Shown: one piece after another, positions 41,280 to 52,039 of the stretch
Numbering within the stretch: position 1 is the stretch's first letter
Layout of the letters: each line of letters starts with the position of its first letter
Origin: Leptospira sp.
GTDB lineage: Bacteria; Spirochaetota; Leptospiria; Leptospirales; Leptospiraceae
NCBI GenBank assembly: GCA_034439575.1
Contig: JAWXAQ010000035.1
Span: 130,742-194,741, forward strand
DNA: 64,000 bases
Direction of reading: 5' to 3'
Notes under the pieces: model-generated
Databases searched by the model: none
What the model saw: only the letters and a program-made list of their open reading frames with translations
Told to the model about the DNA's origin: nothing
Position numbers and translations under genes: made by a program

Positions 41280-42065
41280 ATGTTCGGACCAAAAAAAATT
41301 ATCTGTTTAACCGAAGAACCTACCGAATTATTATATTTGTTAGGTGAGAGTGAACGAATCATTGGCATTTCTGCTTATACCGAAAGACCCCCGATTGCTA
41401 AATTAGAAAAACCCAAAGTATCTGCCTTTATCAAAGGCAATGTAAATAAAATTGAAAAATTAAAACCAGATCTCGTTGTTGGGTTTTCTGATATCCAAGG
41501 TCAATTGGCCAAAGATCTCATTGAACGAGGGTTAAATGTTTTGATCTTCAACCAAAGATCCATCATGGAAATTTTCGAAGCAATGATGATCCTTGGTGGT
41601 ATTGTGGGAAAAAATAAGGAGACGGCAACTTTGATAGAGAACTGGAAAAACTCCATCGAAGAGTTCAAAATGAAAAGTAAACTATTTGAACGAAGACCGA
41701 AAGTTTTTTTCCAAGAGTGGGATGAACCGATCATTACAGGAATAAAATGGGTCAGTGAAGCGATTTCCATCGCTGGCGGTGAGGATGCTTTCGGAAATTT
41801 ACAAAATGAAAAATTAGCCAAAAACAGAATCGTCACTGCGGAAGCCGTAGCGCAGACAAATCCTGATATCATACTTGGATCTTGGTGTGGAAAGCCTATG
41901 GATTGGGAGTGGGTCCGAAATAAGCTGGAATGGCAAAACACCTCCGCTATTCTTAAGGGAAATATTTTTGAAATCGATCCTAGTATAATTCTACAGCCAG
42001 GACCTGCACTCTTTATTGAGGGTATTCCCAAACTCCACGAAATCTTTTCGTCTGTAACTAAGTAG
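41280..42065 (+). CDS. Cobalamin/Fe-siderophore-type substrate-binding protein (BtuF-like)
   Basis: IICLTEEPTELLYLLG, LKPDLV, EWDEP, LQPGP; no clear signal peptide. Confidence 0.75.
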   Translation: MFGPKKIICLTEEPTELLYLLGESERIIGISAYTERPPIAKLEKPKVSAFIKGNVNKIEKLKPDLVVGFSDIQGQLAKDLIERGLNVLIFNQRSIMEIFEAMMILGGIVGKNKETATLIENWKNSIEEFKMKSKLFERRPKVFFQEWDEPIITGIKWVSEAISIAGGEDAFGNLQNEKLAKNRIVTAEAVAQTNPDIILGSWCGKPMDWEWVRNKLEWQNTSAILKGNIFEIDPSIILQPGPALFIEGIPKLHEIFSSVTK

Positions 42066-42071
42066 ATTCTT

Positions 42072-42113
42072 TGTAATATAATTGTAATATGCCTGTAATG
42101 AAACTCATGTAAT
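42072..42113. promoter_or_regulatory. Direct-repeat operator (TGTAAT x4), OmpR/PhoB-family-like, upstream of exbB
   Basis: TGTAAT at 42072, 42083, 42094 (11-bp period) and 42108. Confidence 0.6.
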
Positions 42114-42134
42114 TTTGAAATATATCAATCTGAT

Positions 42135-42971
42135 ATGGAGACATACATGACTTTTCCATTCACTAAAATTACTGCAAAAACTGCAGTTACAATCTGTGTA
42201 ACACTCATTGCCATTCTATCTATAACAAGCAGAATCAATGCTCAAACCAATCCTGTACCAGAAACCCCAGCACCTATCACTGAAACTGAAAACAAAACGG
42301 AAGTTAAAACCGAAGAACCAGTACAAGAAAAGGAATCCGAAATCGGATTAATTAAATTATTCAATACTGGTGGATGGTCAATGTGGCCTTTATTACTTTC
42401 ATCATTTGTTGCCTTAGGAGTCATTTTCGAAAGATTATATTTTTTCTTAACTGCCAAATTGGTTCGTAAAGGATACAATCAAGATTTGCTTGATGCTATC
42501 GAAGCAGGCGGGTTAAGCGGGGCAGAAAAATTTATTTCTGAAAATGCTGGCCAAAGAATATCCGATGTTCTAAAAAATGGAATGGAAGTTTCACAAAATG
42601 ATCCAGAAATTTTTGCATCTGGTATTGAAAGAGAAGCAAGTGAAGTCATTACCCTATTAGAAAAAGGTCTAACAGTACTTGCTGCCGTTTCCACCATTGC
42701 ACCATTAGTTGGATTCCTTGGAACTGTATCAGGTATGATCAACGCTTTTGATGCCATTGCCAATGCTGACCAAGTTAATGCGAAAGTAGTAGCTGGTGGT
42801 ATTAAAGAAGCACTTATCACAACGGCTGCTGGTTTGATTGTTGCGATACCTGCTATGACATTCTATCAGTACCTTCAAGGTCGCGTAGCGTTCTTTACCT
42901 CTGAAGTGGAAGAAGCTGCTAATAAGATCTATAAAGAATATTTGAAAGTTAAAGCCGGCAAAAAAGCATAA
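42135..42971 (+). CDS. exbB: MotA/TolQ/ExbB proton channel protein
   Basis: [35 protein letters not shown]. Confidence 0.9.
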   Translation: METYMTFPFTKITAKTAVTICVTLIAILSITSRINAQTNPVPETPAPITETENKTEVKTEEPVQEKESEIGLIKLFNTGGWSMWPLLLSSFVALGVIFERLYFFLTAKLVRKGYNQDLLDAIEAGGLSGAEKFISENAGQRISDVLKNGMEVSQNDPEIFASGIEREASEVITLLEKGLTVLAAVSTIAPLVGFLGTVSGMINAFDAIANADQVNAKVVAGGIKEALITTAAGLIVAIPAMTFYQYLQGRVAFFTSEVEEAANKIYKEYLKVKAGKKA

Positions 42972-42983
42972 CAGGCAATCCAG

Positions 42984-43403
42984 ATGATTAAGTTAAAAAA
43001 GAAACAAGAGATAGAGGAAATATCGGCGGCATCTATGTCCGATATCGCCTTCCTACTCTTAGTATTTTTTATGGTAACAGCAGTCTTTTTCGTAAAGGAA
43101 GGATTAAATATTTCTTTACCAAGTAAAAAGTCTGAACCACAACCTTTTCTACGCAAAAATGTTTTTGAAATCTTAGTAACTCAAGATCGTTTTAAAATGA
43201 GAAATTCTGCTTTCGGCACTAAAGAATTTACGGATTTAAAAGAATTTAGAAGCGAATTAAACTCTTTGGAAATACCAGACTTGGACAACAAACTAGCCTT
43301 AATCGTTACTACGGGCGACACAAAATACGGCAAAATGTTAGATGCACTATCTGCTGTTCAATTACGTGGATTCACAAAAATCTCAGTAAGGAAAAAACAA
43401 TAA
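42984..43403 (+). CDS. exbD: ExbD/TolR protein
   Basis: [16 protein letters not shown] with conserved TM Asp. Confidence 0.9.
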   Translation: MIKLKKKQEIEEISAASMSDIAFLLLVFFMVTAVFFVKEGLNISLPSKKSEPQPFLRKNVFEILVTQDRFKMRNSAFGTKEFTDLKEFRSELNSLEIPDLDNKLALIVTTGDTKYGKMLDALSAVQLRGFTKISVRKKQ

Positions 43404-43825
43404 TGTTACGTAGAAAGAGACCAGCTCCATCTGTTCCCGTAAGCTCGATGGCAGATATCGCATTTTTATTGTTAGTTTTCTTTATGGTGACATCAGTTTT
43501 AGATTCTGATCCTGATTTACCTATTGATCTTCCTGATGTTCCAGGTGGCGAACAGCTTAACAAAAAAATTGCCAATTTGTATTTGAGTGCAGACGCCAAT
43601 CGGACTGTTTACTTTAACTCAGTACAGATGCCTATGAACGAAGCAGTAAATAATATAAGAGCTAAATTAAATACCAATCCTGATTTAAAAATTCTCATAC
43701 ATGCGGATCAAAATTTGACTTATAATGAAATTGATAGCACATTTGAAACTTTGAAAGAGATCGGTGCCTTAAAAATATCTCTTGTTACAAAGACCACTCA
43801 AGGTGGCGGATTACAGGGAAAATAA
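43403..43825 (+). CDS. exbD: Second ExbD/TolR protein
   Basis: [20 protein letters not shown] motif. Confidence 0.9.
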   Translation: MLRRKRPAPSVPVSSMADIAFLLLVFFMVTSVLDSDPDLPIDLPDVPGGEQLNKKIANLYLSADANRTVYFNSVQMPMNEAVNNIRAKLNTNPDLKILIHADQNLTYNEIDSTFETLKEIGALKISLVTKTTQGGGLQGK

Positions 43826-43826
43826 C

Positions 43827-44420
43827 GTGAGTACTACGACATTACCCAAACGATCAAAACGACAAGCAATTCATCGACTTATTGATCGGTATAGATTAGA
43901 ATTTGGATTGGGTTTATCTACCCTCCTCCAATTGCTAATTTTATTCTTTTGGTTCACGCCTTCCTTTGAATCGGATAGTCTTGATGATTTAATTGAAGAA
44001 GTGGCGTTTATTGACAATGTACAAATCACAGAACCAGCTTCTGAATCAAAACCTACCGATGGCGACTTTGATCTCACTGATAAAGAAAAAGAAGAGAAAA
44101 AAGAAGATCCTCGTGTGGCTGGTGCCTCTGATCCAATCGTATCTGGTGCTACATCGCCAATTGACCTTTCACCTAACGTTAGACCAGAGTATACTGATGA
44201 AGCAAAGGCGCAGGGTATCACTGGCACTATGACTTTGGAAGTTGTGATCGCAAATACAGGAGAAGTTCTAAGAGTCAGATCTGTGGGTAAAACTTTGGGT
44301 TCTGGATTAGAACAAGCCGCGATCGCTACCTATCGCAAAAAAAGATTCTCACCCTCAATTTTGGAAGGGAAACCGATCACTGTGAAAGTGTTAGTCCCAA
44401 TTCGATTCACTCTTAATTAA
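43827..44420 (+). CDS. tonB: Energy transducer TonB
   Basis: TM anchor, acidic linker, [14 protein letters not shown]...VPIRFTL TonB-C domain; GTG 43827 preferred. Confidence 0.88.
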   Translation: MSTTTLPKRSKRQAIHRLIDRYRLEFGLGLSTLLQLLILFFWFTPSFESDSLDDLIEEVAFIDNVQITEPASESKPTDGDFDLTDKEKEEKKEDPRVAGASDPIVSGATSPIDLSPNVRPEYTDEAKAQGITGTMTLEVVIANTGEVLRVRSVGKTLGSGLEQAAIATYRKKRFSPSILEGKPITVKVLVPIRFTLN

Positions 44421-44454
44421 TTTTTAAAATCCAAGAACGATCTTTATGAAAACT

Positions 44455-45291
44455 TTAGTTCTGTTCTTGGATGATTTGTTCTTCTGATAATGGTTTTTTT
44501 GGCAATTCGATTCGTTCAATCCTGATTTCATGCACAAAGTCAGTATCACCAAACTTATCTAAGATGGTAATTCTTCTAGGAAATTGTTTCCCCTCCCAAT
44601 TTTCATAATAACCAAACTTTAAAACACCCCTGTACCAAGAAAAAATATCTCTATAGGTAAATTCTACCCATTCTAAGGCGCCAGTATCTTTTTCATAATA
44701 AGCCAAATATTGATCAACATCTGGTGTGGCAGAAACTTGAACACTCGTTATATATATAGTGTCATAATTTTCTCCAAGAATTAGAGAATCTCCTGCATAT
44801 TGTAATATTTCGAAATCTTGTAATTTCCATACCATCATTAAATACAATCGAAGGGATTGGAGGTAGACTCTAACTTCATCATCACCTGTGAACACTTTGC
44901 CTGTATCCGCAGAAATTTGATAGACATCATTTTTTGTAAGACCAAGATATAAACCTTGGTTCACTCCGTTTAACATCTCCACTTCCATAGTATCTTTTTC
45001 TAAATCCAAAAACACTTTCATTCGTTGATCAGATTCTTTAATGGGTGTAAAAAATTTTACAATTTTGGAATGCCATACATCCTTTATCGTAAATTGCACT
45101 TGTTTATAATTTTTCCAATTCGCCGGTTTCATAGCAGGTTCGATTGGATTTTGAATTAAATTTAGGGCTTTCTTTTTGAGATCGGGATTGTTTCCGCTAT
45201 TAACTAAAATGGTCGGACGTAAGTCGGCTAACTTGCAACAAAAACTAACACAGATAATGGGGATAATAAGAAATACAAAGCAACGTTTCAT
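44455..45291 (-). CDS. Hypothetical lipoprotein
   Basis: 278 aa; hydrophobic leader ending SFCC. Confidence 0.7.
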   Translation of the reverse strand: MKRCFVFLIIPIICVSFCCKLADLRPTILVNSGNNPDLKKKALNLIQNPIEPAMKPANWKNYKQVQFTIKDVWHSKIVKFFTPIKESDQRMKVFLDLEKDTMEVEMLNGVNQGLYLGLTKNDVYQISADTGKVFTGDDEVRVYLQSLRLYLMMVWKLQDFEILQYAGDSLILGENYDTIYITSVQVSATPDVDQYLAYYEKDTGALEWVEFTYRDIFSWYRGVLKFGYYENWEGKQFPRRITILDKFGDTDFVHEIRIERIELPKKPLSEEQIIQEQN

Positions 45292-45338
45292 CTGTTACTA
45301 TTGGAGAGAAAATAAAAGTTATGTCAATGTGTATAAAT

Positions 45339-45362
45339 AGAAAAGGCTGGTTGCCCAGCCTT
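45339..45362 (-). terminator. Intrinsic terminator of the phasin-like gene
   Basis: aaggctgg-ttgc-ccagcctt stem followed by a T-run on the minus strand. Confidence 0.75.
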
Positions 45363-45384
45363 AAAGTTTTACTTTTATTGGCTC

Positions 45385-45762
45385 TTATGCTTTTGCAGAT
45401 GGAGCACTTGTTTTTTTGATTGATTCAGCAACTTCATTAATTTTTGCTTTTACTGATTCAATTTTGCCTTCTGGCATTCTAGATTTAATCTCTTCAGAAA
45501 TCTTTGCGTAGTTTTCTACGATTTTTGAACGAGTTTCATCATAGTTTTTACCAGCAACACTAGAAAATTCTTTAATGTCTGTTAGGATTTTATCAATTGA
45601 TTGGCGAACTTTTACTGATTCTTCAGAATTGTCTGAAGCACCTTTAGAAACCAACTCATTATAAGTTTGCTCTAATTGTACTTTCGCTTTGTCCAAACCT
45701 TCTTTTCCTGATTGGAAAATGCCGATTCCAGCATTAAGAATGTCCATGATTTGTTTTTCCAT
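45385..45762 (-). CDS. Phasin-related helical protein
   Basis: 125 aa; DILNAGIG...YNELVSKG pattern like PhaF/PhaI-type N-termini; AGGAG RBS. Confidence 0.6.
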   Translation of the reverse strand: MEKQIMDILNAGIGIFQSGKEGLDKAKVQLEQTYNELVSKGASDNSEESVKVRQSIDKILTDIKEFSSVAGKNYDETRSKIVENYAKISEEIKSRMPEGKIESVKAKINEVAESIKKTSAPSAKA

Positions 45763-45786
45763 TGTTTAGCTCCTGGTTTTCACCTG

Positions 45787-45823
45787 TTGTGCAGTGCACA
45801 AACTAATCTTGTGCGACGCACAA
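45787..45823. promoter_or_regulatory. Two perfect 15-bp palindromic operators (PhaR-like)
   Basis: TTGTGCAGTGCACAA (45787-45801) and TTGTGCGACGCACAA (45809-45823), centres 22 bp apart. Confidence 0.75.
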
Positions 45824-45863
45824 TCCCTGTAAACAATTTTTTTCACCAAGAAGTAAAAAAATT

Positions 45864-47156
45864 TTAAGCGGGTGAACCTAGAAGCTTCTCTCTTTGATGC
45901 GCCATGATATTGGCCAATATCGCCCGGTATTCCTCTCGTCCAGGATAGGAAATTTGCGAAACACCTGTTTTGACTGCGGCTTCTGCCACGGCAGGAGCTA
46001 CATGATATAAAACACGAGCATCTAATGGTTTTGGAATAATATAATCTCTGTTAAACTCTATGCTTGGCAATCCATAGGCATCTGCCACTTCTTGTGGAAC
46101 AGGTTCTTTCGTAAGTTCGGCTAGTGCGTATGCGGCGGCCAATTTCATTTCCATATTTACAATTCTTGCCCTTACATCCATAGCACCGCGAAATATAAAT
46201 GGAAACCCAAGTACATTGTTCACTTGGTTTGGATAATCACTTCTGCCAGTAGCCATTATCAAATCATCTCTTGTAGCAATGGCATCTGGATAAGGAATTT
46301 CTGGATCAGGATTTGCGAGAGCAAATACGATTGGGTTTTTTGCCATTGACTTTAGCATAGCAGGCGTTACAACATTTGCTACAGAAACACCTATAAATAA
46401 ATCCGTATTTGGAAAAATATCTTCGAGAGTGACTGCATCTGTCTTTCTAACAAAGGCCAATTTTGATTCATGCAAATTGGTTCGTTTGTCAGTAATCACG
46501 CCTTTTGAATCAACCATATAAATTTTATTGTGATCTACACCAATATGAGTCAACATTTCAGCAATGGAAATCGCCGCAGCACCGGCTCCATTGATTACTA
46601 CTTTTAAGTCTTTAGCATTTTTTCCTGTTAACTCAAGTGAATTCAAAAGTGCGGCAGTACATATAATGGCTGTTCCATGCTGATCATCATGGAAGACTGG
46701 GATGGCCATAGAGTTATCGAGAGTTTTTTCTATATGAAAACATTCTGGAGCACGAATATCTTCTAAATTGATGCCACCAAACGTAGGTTCAAGTGATTTA
46801 ACAATTGTTATAAATTTTTCAGGATCAATTTCATCTATTTCGATATCAAAAACATCTATACCGGCAAATTTTTTAAAGAGAACTGCTTTTCCTTCCATCA
46901 CTGGTTTTCCAGCAGAAGCTCCAATATTGCCAAGTCCAAGTACCGCGGTCCCATTTGTAATGATACCGACCAAATTTCCGCGGTTTGTATATTCATATAC
47001 GAGTGCTGGTTCCTTCTCAATTTCGAGACAAGGAAAGGCAACACCTGGTGAGTACGCCAAAGAAAGATCCTCACTATTTTCAGTGGGTTTCGTAGGGACA
47101 ATTTTCGTTTTTCCCTTCGGGAAACGAGAGTGGTACTCAAGGGCCTTATTTTTCAT
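45864..47156 (-). CDS. NAD(P)-dependent malic enzyme, short form without PTA domain
   Basis: [55 protein letters not shown]. Confidence 0.93.
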   Translation of the reverse strand: MKNKALEYHSRFPKGKTKIVPTKPTENSEDLSLAYSPGVAFPCLEIEKEPALVYEYTNRGNLVGIITNGTAVLGLGNIGASAGKPVMEGKAVLFKKFAGIDVFDIEIDEIDPEKFITIVKSLEPTFGGINLEDIRAPECFHIEKTLDNSMAIPVFHDDQHGTAIICTAALLNSLELTGKNAKDLKVVINGAGAAAISIAEMLTHIGVDHNKIYMVDSKGVITDKRTNLHESKLAFVRKTDAVTLEDIFPNTDLFIGVSVANVVTPAMLKSMAKNPIVFALANPDPEIPYPDAIATRDDLIMATGRSDYPNQVNNVLGFPFIFRGAMDVRARIVNMEMKLAAAYALAELTKEPVPQEVADAYGLPSIEFNRDYIIPKPLDARVLYHVAPAVAEAAVKTGVSQISYPGREEYRAILANIMAHQREKLLGSPA

Positions 47157-47289
47157 AGTCGATTTTCCCAGAATTTATGATTCAAGAGAAAATCCTAGAA
47201 TAAAATCAGAGGAAAAAATTTGTATTTATGATTGCCTTTGATTCGCTATGTCGCTTTAAATCTAGGGAATTAGAGGAATTTTAAAATAT

Positions 47290-48006
47290 ATGATGGAATT
47301 AACCGGAGAATTTTTTGGAACCATGGTTTTAATCCTACTTGGGGATGGAGTCGTAGCAGGTGCTCTTTTAGAAAATTCCAAAGCAAAAAATTCGGGTTGG
47401 ATTTCCATCACAACAGGCTGGGCATTGGCTGTCGTGTTTGGTGTATTTACAGCCAAAGCATTTGGAAGTCCAGAAGCACACTTAAATCCTGCAGTAACTC
47501 TTTCTGTTTGTATCCAATCTGGTAACTTTGATCGTTTGTTACCTTTTGCTTTTGCGCAAATTGGAGGTGCCTTTGTTGGTGCTGTATTAGTATATTTGCA
47601 TTATCTACCACATTGGAAAAAAACAAAGGACCAAGGACTAATCCTTGCTGTATTTTCAACAGATCCAGCGATCAATTATTCCATAGCAAATTTTTTAAGC
47701 GAATTTTTAGGTACTGTCATTTTAATTGTTGGCTTACATGCGATCTTTTTACCTTCAAATTTACCTTTAGCACCAGCTTTTGGAGTTTGTCTCGTGGGGG
47801 CATTGGTCTGGGCAATTGGTTTATCAATGGGTGGCACTACTGGTTATGCGATCAATCCAGCACGAGACCTTGGTCCGAGACTTGCCCACTTTTTATTACC
47901 GATTCCAAACAAAGGTGATTCAAATTGGAAATATTCTTGGTTACCGATAATTGCTCCACTAACAGGCGCAGGTTTTGCCGCATTCATATTGAAATTGATC
48001 AAATAA
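47290..48006 (+). CDS. glpF: MIP family aquaglyceroporin (glycerol uptake facilitator)
   Basis: HLNPAVT and GYAINPARD (Asp after the second NPA is typical of GlpF). Confidence 0.88.
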   Translation: MMELTGEFFGTMVLILLGDGVVAGALLENSKAKNSGWISITTGWALAVVFGVFTAKAFGSPEAHLNPAVTLSVCIQSGNFDRLLPFAFAQIGGAFVGAVLVYLHYLPHWKKTKDQGLILAVFSTDPAINYSIANFLSEFLGTVILIVGLHAIFLPSNLPLAPAFGVCLVGALVWAIGLSMGGTTGYAINPARDLGPRLAHFLLPIPNKGDSNWKYSWLPIIAPLTGAGFAAFILKLIK

Positions 48007-48016
48007 AGATAGCTAA

Positions 48017-49006
48017 TCAAGTCCAATCAGCTAATGACGATTTGCCGAGCAGAACGAAATCTCTTAAAAAATCACGATATGTAACAATTGTTTCAAATTT
48101 ATTTTCTTTCGCCGGATTAAAAATTCCCCGTTTGCGAAATATCTTGGATGGATTTTCTTTCAGATCCGACCAAGTTCCCACTTCCAATGTCAAAGGCAAA
48201 AATCTTGATTTTGAATTTGGGTTATTTAATAGTATTTTCTCATGAAAATGGTTATAAAATCTATCCCAAAGATCTCCGTGCGTCGTATAAGTTTCGCTTT
48301 GCGGTCCAAATTTAAATCTTTTATGCATTCGAAATTCAGTAAAAAATTTTGCGATATTTTCGTAAATGGGAGTATCTGGACATGGTTTTTTGGTCCCAGC
48401 ATATGGCCACCAAACATGGTCTATAGTACCAAATCCAGAATGCAAATCCAATACTGGCATAATCGCATCTTTAGCGGGAAAAAAATACTGAGCTAAGTAT
48501 CTAAACAAAGCTTTTGATTCAGGTTCTAAAGAATTTCCACGATAATAAGGAAATTTGGATGAAAACTTTTGACCACCAAACAAAAAAGGAGCGGACTCGG
48601 CTTCAACACCAGAGTTTCGCATAAGATCAACGCCTGAAGGATTCGATCTAGACTTTAAAGCCACCCCCCCTGGATTCACCATAGGAATCACGATAAGACC
48701 GATTTTTCCTTTTTGAATTTCTGGCATATAACCAGGACTTTTTTTATGCAGGATGTATTCCAAAAAATCCAAGAGAATACGGATACCTATAGTTTCCAAA
48801 CCATGAACACCTGCAACTATTCCTACGGGATGTTTTTGGATGGCCTTGGGCGTTCCGATTTCTAAAGCGTGTATTGGAAATCGAAACCCTTCTTCCGTAC
48901 GACTAGAAAAACCGAATTGGTGGATACGCACACTACCTGCACCTATGCGAACAATATCGAGAATTCTTTTTTCGTATCGATTAAGTCTGCGAAGACCTCT
49001 TAACAT
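48017..49006 (-). CDS. M14-like zinc carboxypeptidase family protein
   Basis: HGLE (HxxE), NPGG, DLMRN, DLHSG, TLEVG. Confidence 0.82.
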   Translation of the reverse strand: MLRGLRRLNRYEKRILDIVRIGAGSVRIHQFGFSSRTEEGFRFPIHALEIGTPKAIQKHPVGIVAGVHGLETIGIRILLDFLEYILHKKSPGYMPEIQKGKIGLIVIPMVNPGGVALKSRSNPSGVDLMRNSGVEAESAPFLFGGQKFSSKFPYYRGNSLEPESKALFRYLAQYFFPAKDAIMPVLDLHSGFGTIDHVWWPYAGTKKPCPDTPIYENIAKFFTEFRMHKRFKFGPQSETYTTHGDLWDRFYNHFHEKILLNNPNSKSRFLPLTLEVGTWSDLKENPSKIFRKRGIFNPAKENKFETIVTYRDFLRDFVLLGKSSLADWT

Positions 49007-49426
49007 TTATGGATTTCCAGATTGAATTTTTTTAATGAATTCGCATACGGTTTGTTGATCGATAAATCCATTACGCAAATTTTCGCAACTGGTTGTTAAA
49101 ATTAAATTTTTACATTCTCTATATGACATTACAATTTTTTGGATATCCCCATCTATCAATTTATATACGTTACTACTTCTAAATTCTTTTTGGCAATTTG
49201 CCTCATCTAATCTAGATTTTGTGAATGATTTTAATTTTTCTGGAACGCCTGACCAATTTTCATCGGTACAGGTTCTATATTTTTGACAAATTTCTGCTGT
49301 GATTTTTAAGGATTCGTCTTTCCACTCTACGGAATCGATTCCTTTTTTCTTTTTGCAATCAAGGATCAATATCAGTATTATAAAAATTAACAATAATGAC
49401 TTTGAGATTTTTGAATGGATTATCAT
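49007..49426 (-). CDS. Cys-rich hypothetical lipoprotein (Leptospira-type)
   Basis: ILDC lipobox-like leader; several Cys (CQKYRTC...CQ...C...C...C). Confidence 0.65.
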   Translation of the reverse strand: MIIHSKISKSLLLIFIILILILDCKKKKGIDSVEWKDESLKITAEICQKYRTCTDENWSGVPEKLKSFTKSRLDEANCQKEFRSSNVYKLIDGDIQKIVMSYRECKNLILTTSCENLRNGFIDQQTVCEFIKKIQSGNP

Positions 49427-50154
49427 TGTGTATTTTCCTTTTTTCGAATCAAAATTTCAATCCTTTCATCTTTAGCTTTTTTTTCTGGCGTATCGCCTTC
49501 ATTCGATTTTTGAAAGACCGCATAACCTTGTACAGAAACTTGTTCGCGAGGAATTCCATAATCTGTAACCATTTTTTCTGCAATCACTGAAGCTCTATGG
49601 GAATGGTAATCCCAAGAATTCTGAAATTTTGATTTATCAACATTTGCTTCATATGGAATTTGAACTCTTACAATTATATCAATATCCATTCCTTTTGAAA
49701 CTTCTGCTAGCTGCTTGAATGCAAATTGCAAATCCGGATCATCTTCAACTATGTCTCCACTTGATAAATCGGGTGTAATAAAAGTTAATTTCAATTCTTC
49801 TGCTTCGGCTAATCCTAGTTTCATTTTAGCTTTGTCTTTCAAATTTTTCAAAGCAAAACCAATTCTTTCCCACAAACGAAAGATAGGCGTTCTTGGTTCC
49901 ATACTATTATCGTCCAGTATGCCGGCACCGCCATCAATCACAAGTCCCAGGGAAGCAACCTTTAGACCGAAACCTAATTTTATATCTGATGCGACTTCAT
50001 TTAATCTTTTTGTATCTACTTTACTGATAGCATAAAGAATAATGAATAAACCAAGAAGTAGTGTAATCATATCGGCATAAGTTAACAACCAACGTTCTTG
50101 GTCATGTGAACTTTCATCTTCAGAAATTGATTTAGGAAAACGTTTTCTTCTCAT
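49423..50154 (-). CDS. motB: MotB-like flagellar stator protein (divergent OmpA-like domain)
   Basis: RWLLTYADMITLLLGLFIILYAIS with the proton-binding Asp; C-terminal RIEILI. Confidence 0.78.
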   Translation of the reverse strand: MRRKRFPKSISEDESSHDQERWLLTYADMITLLLGLFIILYAISKVDTKRLNEVASDIKLGFGLKVASLGLVIDGGAGILDDNSMEPRTPIFRLWERIGFALKNLKDKAKMKLGLAEAEELKLTFITPDLSSGDIVEDDPDLQFAFKQLAEVSKGMDIDIIVRVQIPYEANVDKSKFQNSWDYHSHRASVIAEKMVTDYGIPREQVSVQGYAVFQKSNEGDTPEKKAKDERIEILIRKKENTQ

Positions 50155-50804
50155 GAAGGTCCCTTTAACTCTGGAAAAGAATTATATAAAAATTCCCATT
50201 CTTTTTGTTCAACGGAATTAAAAAACGAATCAAATGTTAGTTTAGTGACGGGAAGTGTGGCATAAAATCCTTGTTCCACTTTTTTGAATAAGGGATATAC
50301 ACCTAACATACGTGCAACTGCGGCGGCAGGTTTTATAATATAAGCACTAATCGGTCGATGGGCTAGTTCATAAAATTTTTTGAGATTAAACAATACCACT
50401 TCGAGTTGTTTTTTCCTAAGTTCAGATTCTCCCATTTCTTTAAAATGAAGTTTGTATTCTTCTTGGCTAACCTTATCACCTGGTTTCCAACCTTTTTTTA
50501 CCAACAATATAGCTAATTTAATATCGAGTTCATCTGTGATTTGATTAAGAAAAATCAATCTTTCTACACTTTCTCTGGTTCCTTCCTTTAACATATGTTT
50601 CACTTTTGCATATGTAGAAAGTGCCAATGATTCCCATTCCTCTTTTCCTTCTAAATTATAAACCGTCTCAAAGAAAAATTGTGCCATCGGAATGGTTTCT
50701 TTTTGATTAAAATAGTCGGCATAAAATTCATGAAATCTTTCTACTTGAACCCGAACAACTTCTTCTCTAGCCTTTGCCACTTCAGGTGTCAGTGGATCTT
50801 TCAT
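50151..50804 (-). CDS. FFLEELY-motif-like hypothetical protein
   Basis: YADY...AQFFFETVY, TDELD and GF patterns; ATG 50804 follows the upstream stop. Confidence 0.6.
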   Translation of the reverse strand: MKDPLTPEVAKAREEVVRVQVERFHEFYADYFNQKETIPMAQFFFETVYNLEGKEEWESLALSTYAKVKHMLKEGTRESVERLIFLNQITDELDIKLAILLVKKGWKPGDKVSQEEYKLHFKEMGESELRKKQLEVVLFNLKKFYELAHRPISAYIIKPAAAVARMLGVYPLFKKVEQGFYATLPVTKLTFDSFFNSVEQKEWEFLYNSFPELKGPS

Positions 50805-50805
50805 T

Positions 50806-51939
50806 CTATTTAATCTCCAAAGGATAAGTATAAAAACCTTGCTGGTCAATTTCAGTTTTACTAATTGAAAACGAATTTGGGATGGAAATGATTTCTTTGT
50901 AATACTTAAAAGAAGATCTGAATAATATTTTTGGTATTAGCGTTTTTTTGGGTGTATAATAAAAACTGATTCCATATTTAAAATTGGATCCCCAACCTTC
51001 TTTTGTTGCTTCAAGAAGAGTGTTTGTTGCTGGAATTTGTTTTCTCTGGATGATATTATAAACACTTTGACCTTTGTTATATAATCTTACACCTTGGGAT
51101 GTTTCCGAAGTTCTAATCTCTCCATCTTCTGGAAAACTTAAGGATAAGTAGGTGACAGAAGCAAAATTACCTCTGTTTTTAAATTGTAATGTAATTTTTG
51201 ATTCTTTTCCCATTTCTAATTTTGGTTCTATTTCCATAGAAATAAAAGCAGGAATTGGTTGCATGGCTAGATTTGGAATCATTTCCCATCCATTGAAAAC
51301 AAATTCTTGCGCATAATTTGGGTTAGTTGGGAAAATGCGTAAAGATTTTTCTTTTTCGGAATATGCAAAATCCAATTTTTTTGTTCTGATCAATTCTTCA
51401 TGTTCTTTGAGTAACAATCCGTCTAATATTTTTTTTCCCTTACGATAACCAAATGGAATAGAAAATAAACCTAATGGTGGTTCTTCGGATAACACTTCGA
51501 TAAAAACAGAATTAAAGGAATCACCAGCTAATTCAGCAAGTACGACCCGTCGAATGCAATCTCCTTCCATGATTTTTTTTTCTTTGCCTGGCAACTTTCC
51601 TGCCACCCAAGAAAGATTTTTTAAATCATAAAAAGAATCTCCGAGGCTAAGTAGATTGAATTCTTGTTTCCATAAAAATTTCCATTGCCCTGAGATTTTT
51701 TTATAAACAGAAATGGCTTCTGATTGGCCCGATTGAGAAAGCACAAGAGACTCAAAGTCTGGTTCTTCGTCTAAATTGATCAACCTTGAACCAATTATGC
51801 GAGCTGATTTTTCTGTATTTTCACCATACAAAGCTTTGGCCACTTCATCCGCACTTGGTGCTTCAGATTTGTTGCAATTGGTCAGAAAAGGAATCATTAG
51901 AAATAAAAATGAACATTGGATGAAACGAAAAAGAGACAT
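50806..51939 (-). CDS. Conserved-looking Leptospira lipoprotein
   Basis: 377 aa; FLTNC lipobox. Confidence 0.7.
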   Translation of the reverse strand: MSLFRFIQCSFLFLMIPFLTNCNKSEAPSADEVAKALYGENTEKSARIIGSRLINLDEEPDFESLVLSQSGQSEAISVYKKISGQWKFLWKQEFNLLSLGDSFYDLKNLSWVAGKLPGKEKKIMEGDCIRRVVLAELAGDSFNSVFIEVLSEEPPLGLFSIPFGYRKGKKILDGLLLKEHEELIRTKKLDFAYSEKEKSLRIFPTNPNYAQEFVFNGWEMIPNLAMQPIPAFISMEIEPKLEMGKESKITLQFKNRGNFASVTYLSLSFPEDGEIRTSETSQGVRLYNKGQSVYNIIQRKQIPATNTLLEATKEGWGSNFKYGISFYYTPKKTLIPKILFRSSFKYYKEIISIPNSFSISKTEIDQQGFYTYPLEIK

Positions 51940-52039
51940 AATTACAGAATTCCTTTCTAAACGCAGATTGCTCAGATTCTATTCTTTTTTTGTTTTCTAT
52001 ATACATTCAACCTGTATTCTGCGTCTATAGTAATAGAAC

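Noticed and set aside
41270-41290. Cobalamin riboswitch before the BtuF-like gene
   Set aside because: The gene abuts ktrA with no leader region
41501-42031. 176-aa minus-strand ORF (likewise 46768-47241, 54363-54851, 61845-62240)
   Set aside because: Antisense to well-supported genes and without motifs of their own
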